This document shows, in pieces, positions 63,101-64,000 of a stretch of DNA of 64,000 nucleotides. Each line of letters opens with the position of its first letter. Positions within the stretch are counted from its first letter, which is position 1. Under the pieces are notes generated by a model, which saw nothing but the letters and a program-made list of their open reading frames with translations, ran no database searches and was not told where the DNA came from. The position numbers and the translations under genes were made by a program. The stretch is from Fistulifera solaris (Eukaryota): positions 558,001 to 622,000 of the forward strand of contig AP026153.1 of the NCBI GenBank assembly GCA_030295235.1. Direction: 5' to 3'.

Positions 63101-64000
63101 ATTGTGACCGGGCAACAGTGCCAACCGAGTCACTTTTAAGAAGTTCCTTCTGATCGGGTAGCTGGTCAACAACAACCTTAGTCTCCAAAGCGGGTTCTGA
63201 AGGCGCTTCAGAAGCATCTTCTTTACTCATCGCTCGGCACTCGGAAGCTGTGACCTGAGTAGCAATAGAAGCATGAGACAAACCTGGCGAAAGGACAGTC
63301 GGGGTAGCATCCACGACAGGACCAAACTCGTCTTCCCTCGGATCAACTTGGAGTTGCGACTGGGCACCAATAGTCAATTCGGATGCAGCATCCCGTGCAT
63401 TTTGCGCAACAACCGAATCCGGAGCAGGAATAAAATCTACAAGTTGCTCCTCCTCAGTCTGGTCAACGGGCTCGTCTATTCCCGACTGGGGATTGGGGGC
63501 CGCTTCTGTCGAGGTTCCAGCATCGTGTTGTCCCCAGCTATCATCATCACCTTCCGTACCGTCTGCATCGTCTAAATCTTCTGCCACCATGGACGGTGCG
63601 AAAACGATAGTTGAAGCGGCACCAGAGGGGTGCTCAGGAGTCCCAGGAAGTGGTTGAATTGGGGTAACATCGACCACTAGGCCAAAATGAGATACTCCTT
63701 CTTGAGTAGTATCATCGACAACAGATAATATTTCTGACGGATCCGCAGCCACACCAGTCGACGCATCTCCGTACCTGGACGCATCTCCGTAACGCGAATC
63801 TGATCGAGGAGGTACATGATCAACCAGCTGATCTTCTTCTGATCGTAACGGTCCCGGCATTTCCTCATCAACAATTGTTTCGTCACCGACTAGCGAGCCC
63901 TCAATAACAGTGTCCTCACCCTCCAAAGTAGCCTCATCCTCTTCGCCAAGCTGGACTAAAACTGAATCCGAGCGAAGATTCATTGGAGCAGGAGTCAGCG
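60184..64000 (-). CDS. Large protein with an acidic disordered region and a long coiled coil; 5' end probably outside the window; probable frameshift near 61200
   Basis: Overlapping 967-aa and 337-aa ORFs with an E/Q/L/K heptad-rich C-terminal half. Confidence 0.75.

Overview
Compact eukaryotic nuclear DNA with short (about 73-170 nt) GT-AG introns. The gene families suggest a pennate diatom; that assignment is inferred. About 24 protein-coding genes are supported, including DHODH, a CTP-dependent lipid kinase, YjbQ, PX-SYLF, a sugar porter, MFAP1, a MATE transporter, an ExeM/NucH-like nuclease, three clustered 'GDNPSC' paralogs, bL17, an LRR protein, TM9SF, RPA3, METTL5 and a zinc-finger/apolipoprotein-L-like protein. 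Many genes carry apparent single-base frameshifts in homopolymers, most likely assembly errors. Mobile DNA includes: (1) a CRE-like non-LTR retrotransposon that appears to interrupt a tyrosine-phosphatase gene; (2) an internally deleted DD39D mariner with TIRs and a TA duplication; (3) an 894-bp long-TIR element with an 8-bp TSD; (4) a 184-bp MITE candidate; (5) a truncated poly(A) retroposition. The least explained structure is intergenic. Palindromic CAGA-WTT-TCTG arrays phased at about 32-34 bp lie upstream of genes, and one contains a Ty3/gypsy-like fragment. A dispersed ~55-bp ACTATAG...GACTG-N5-CAGTC motif recurs, often at ~220-bp spacing, and is amplified in a 5x220-bp ABABA tandem array. 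All calls come from reading the sequence by eye; no searches were run.
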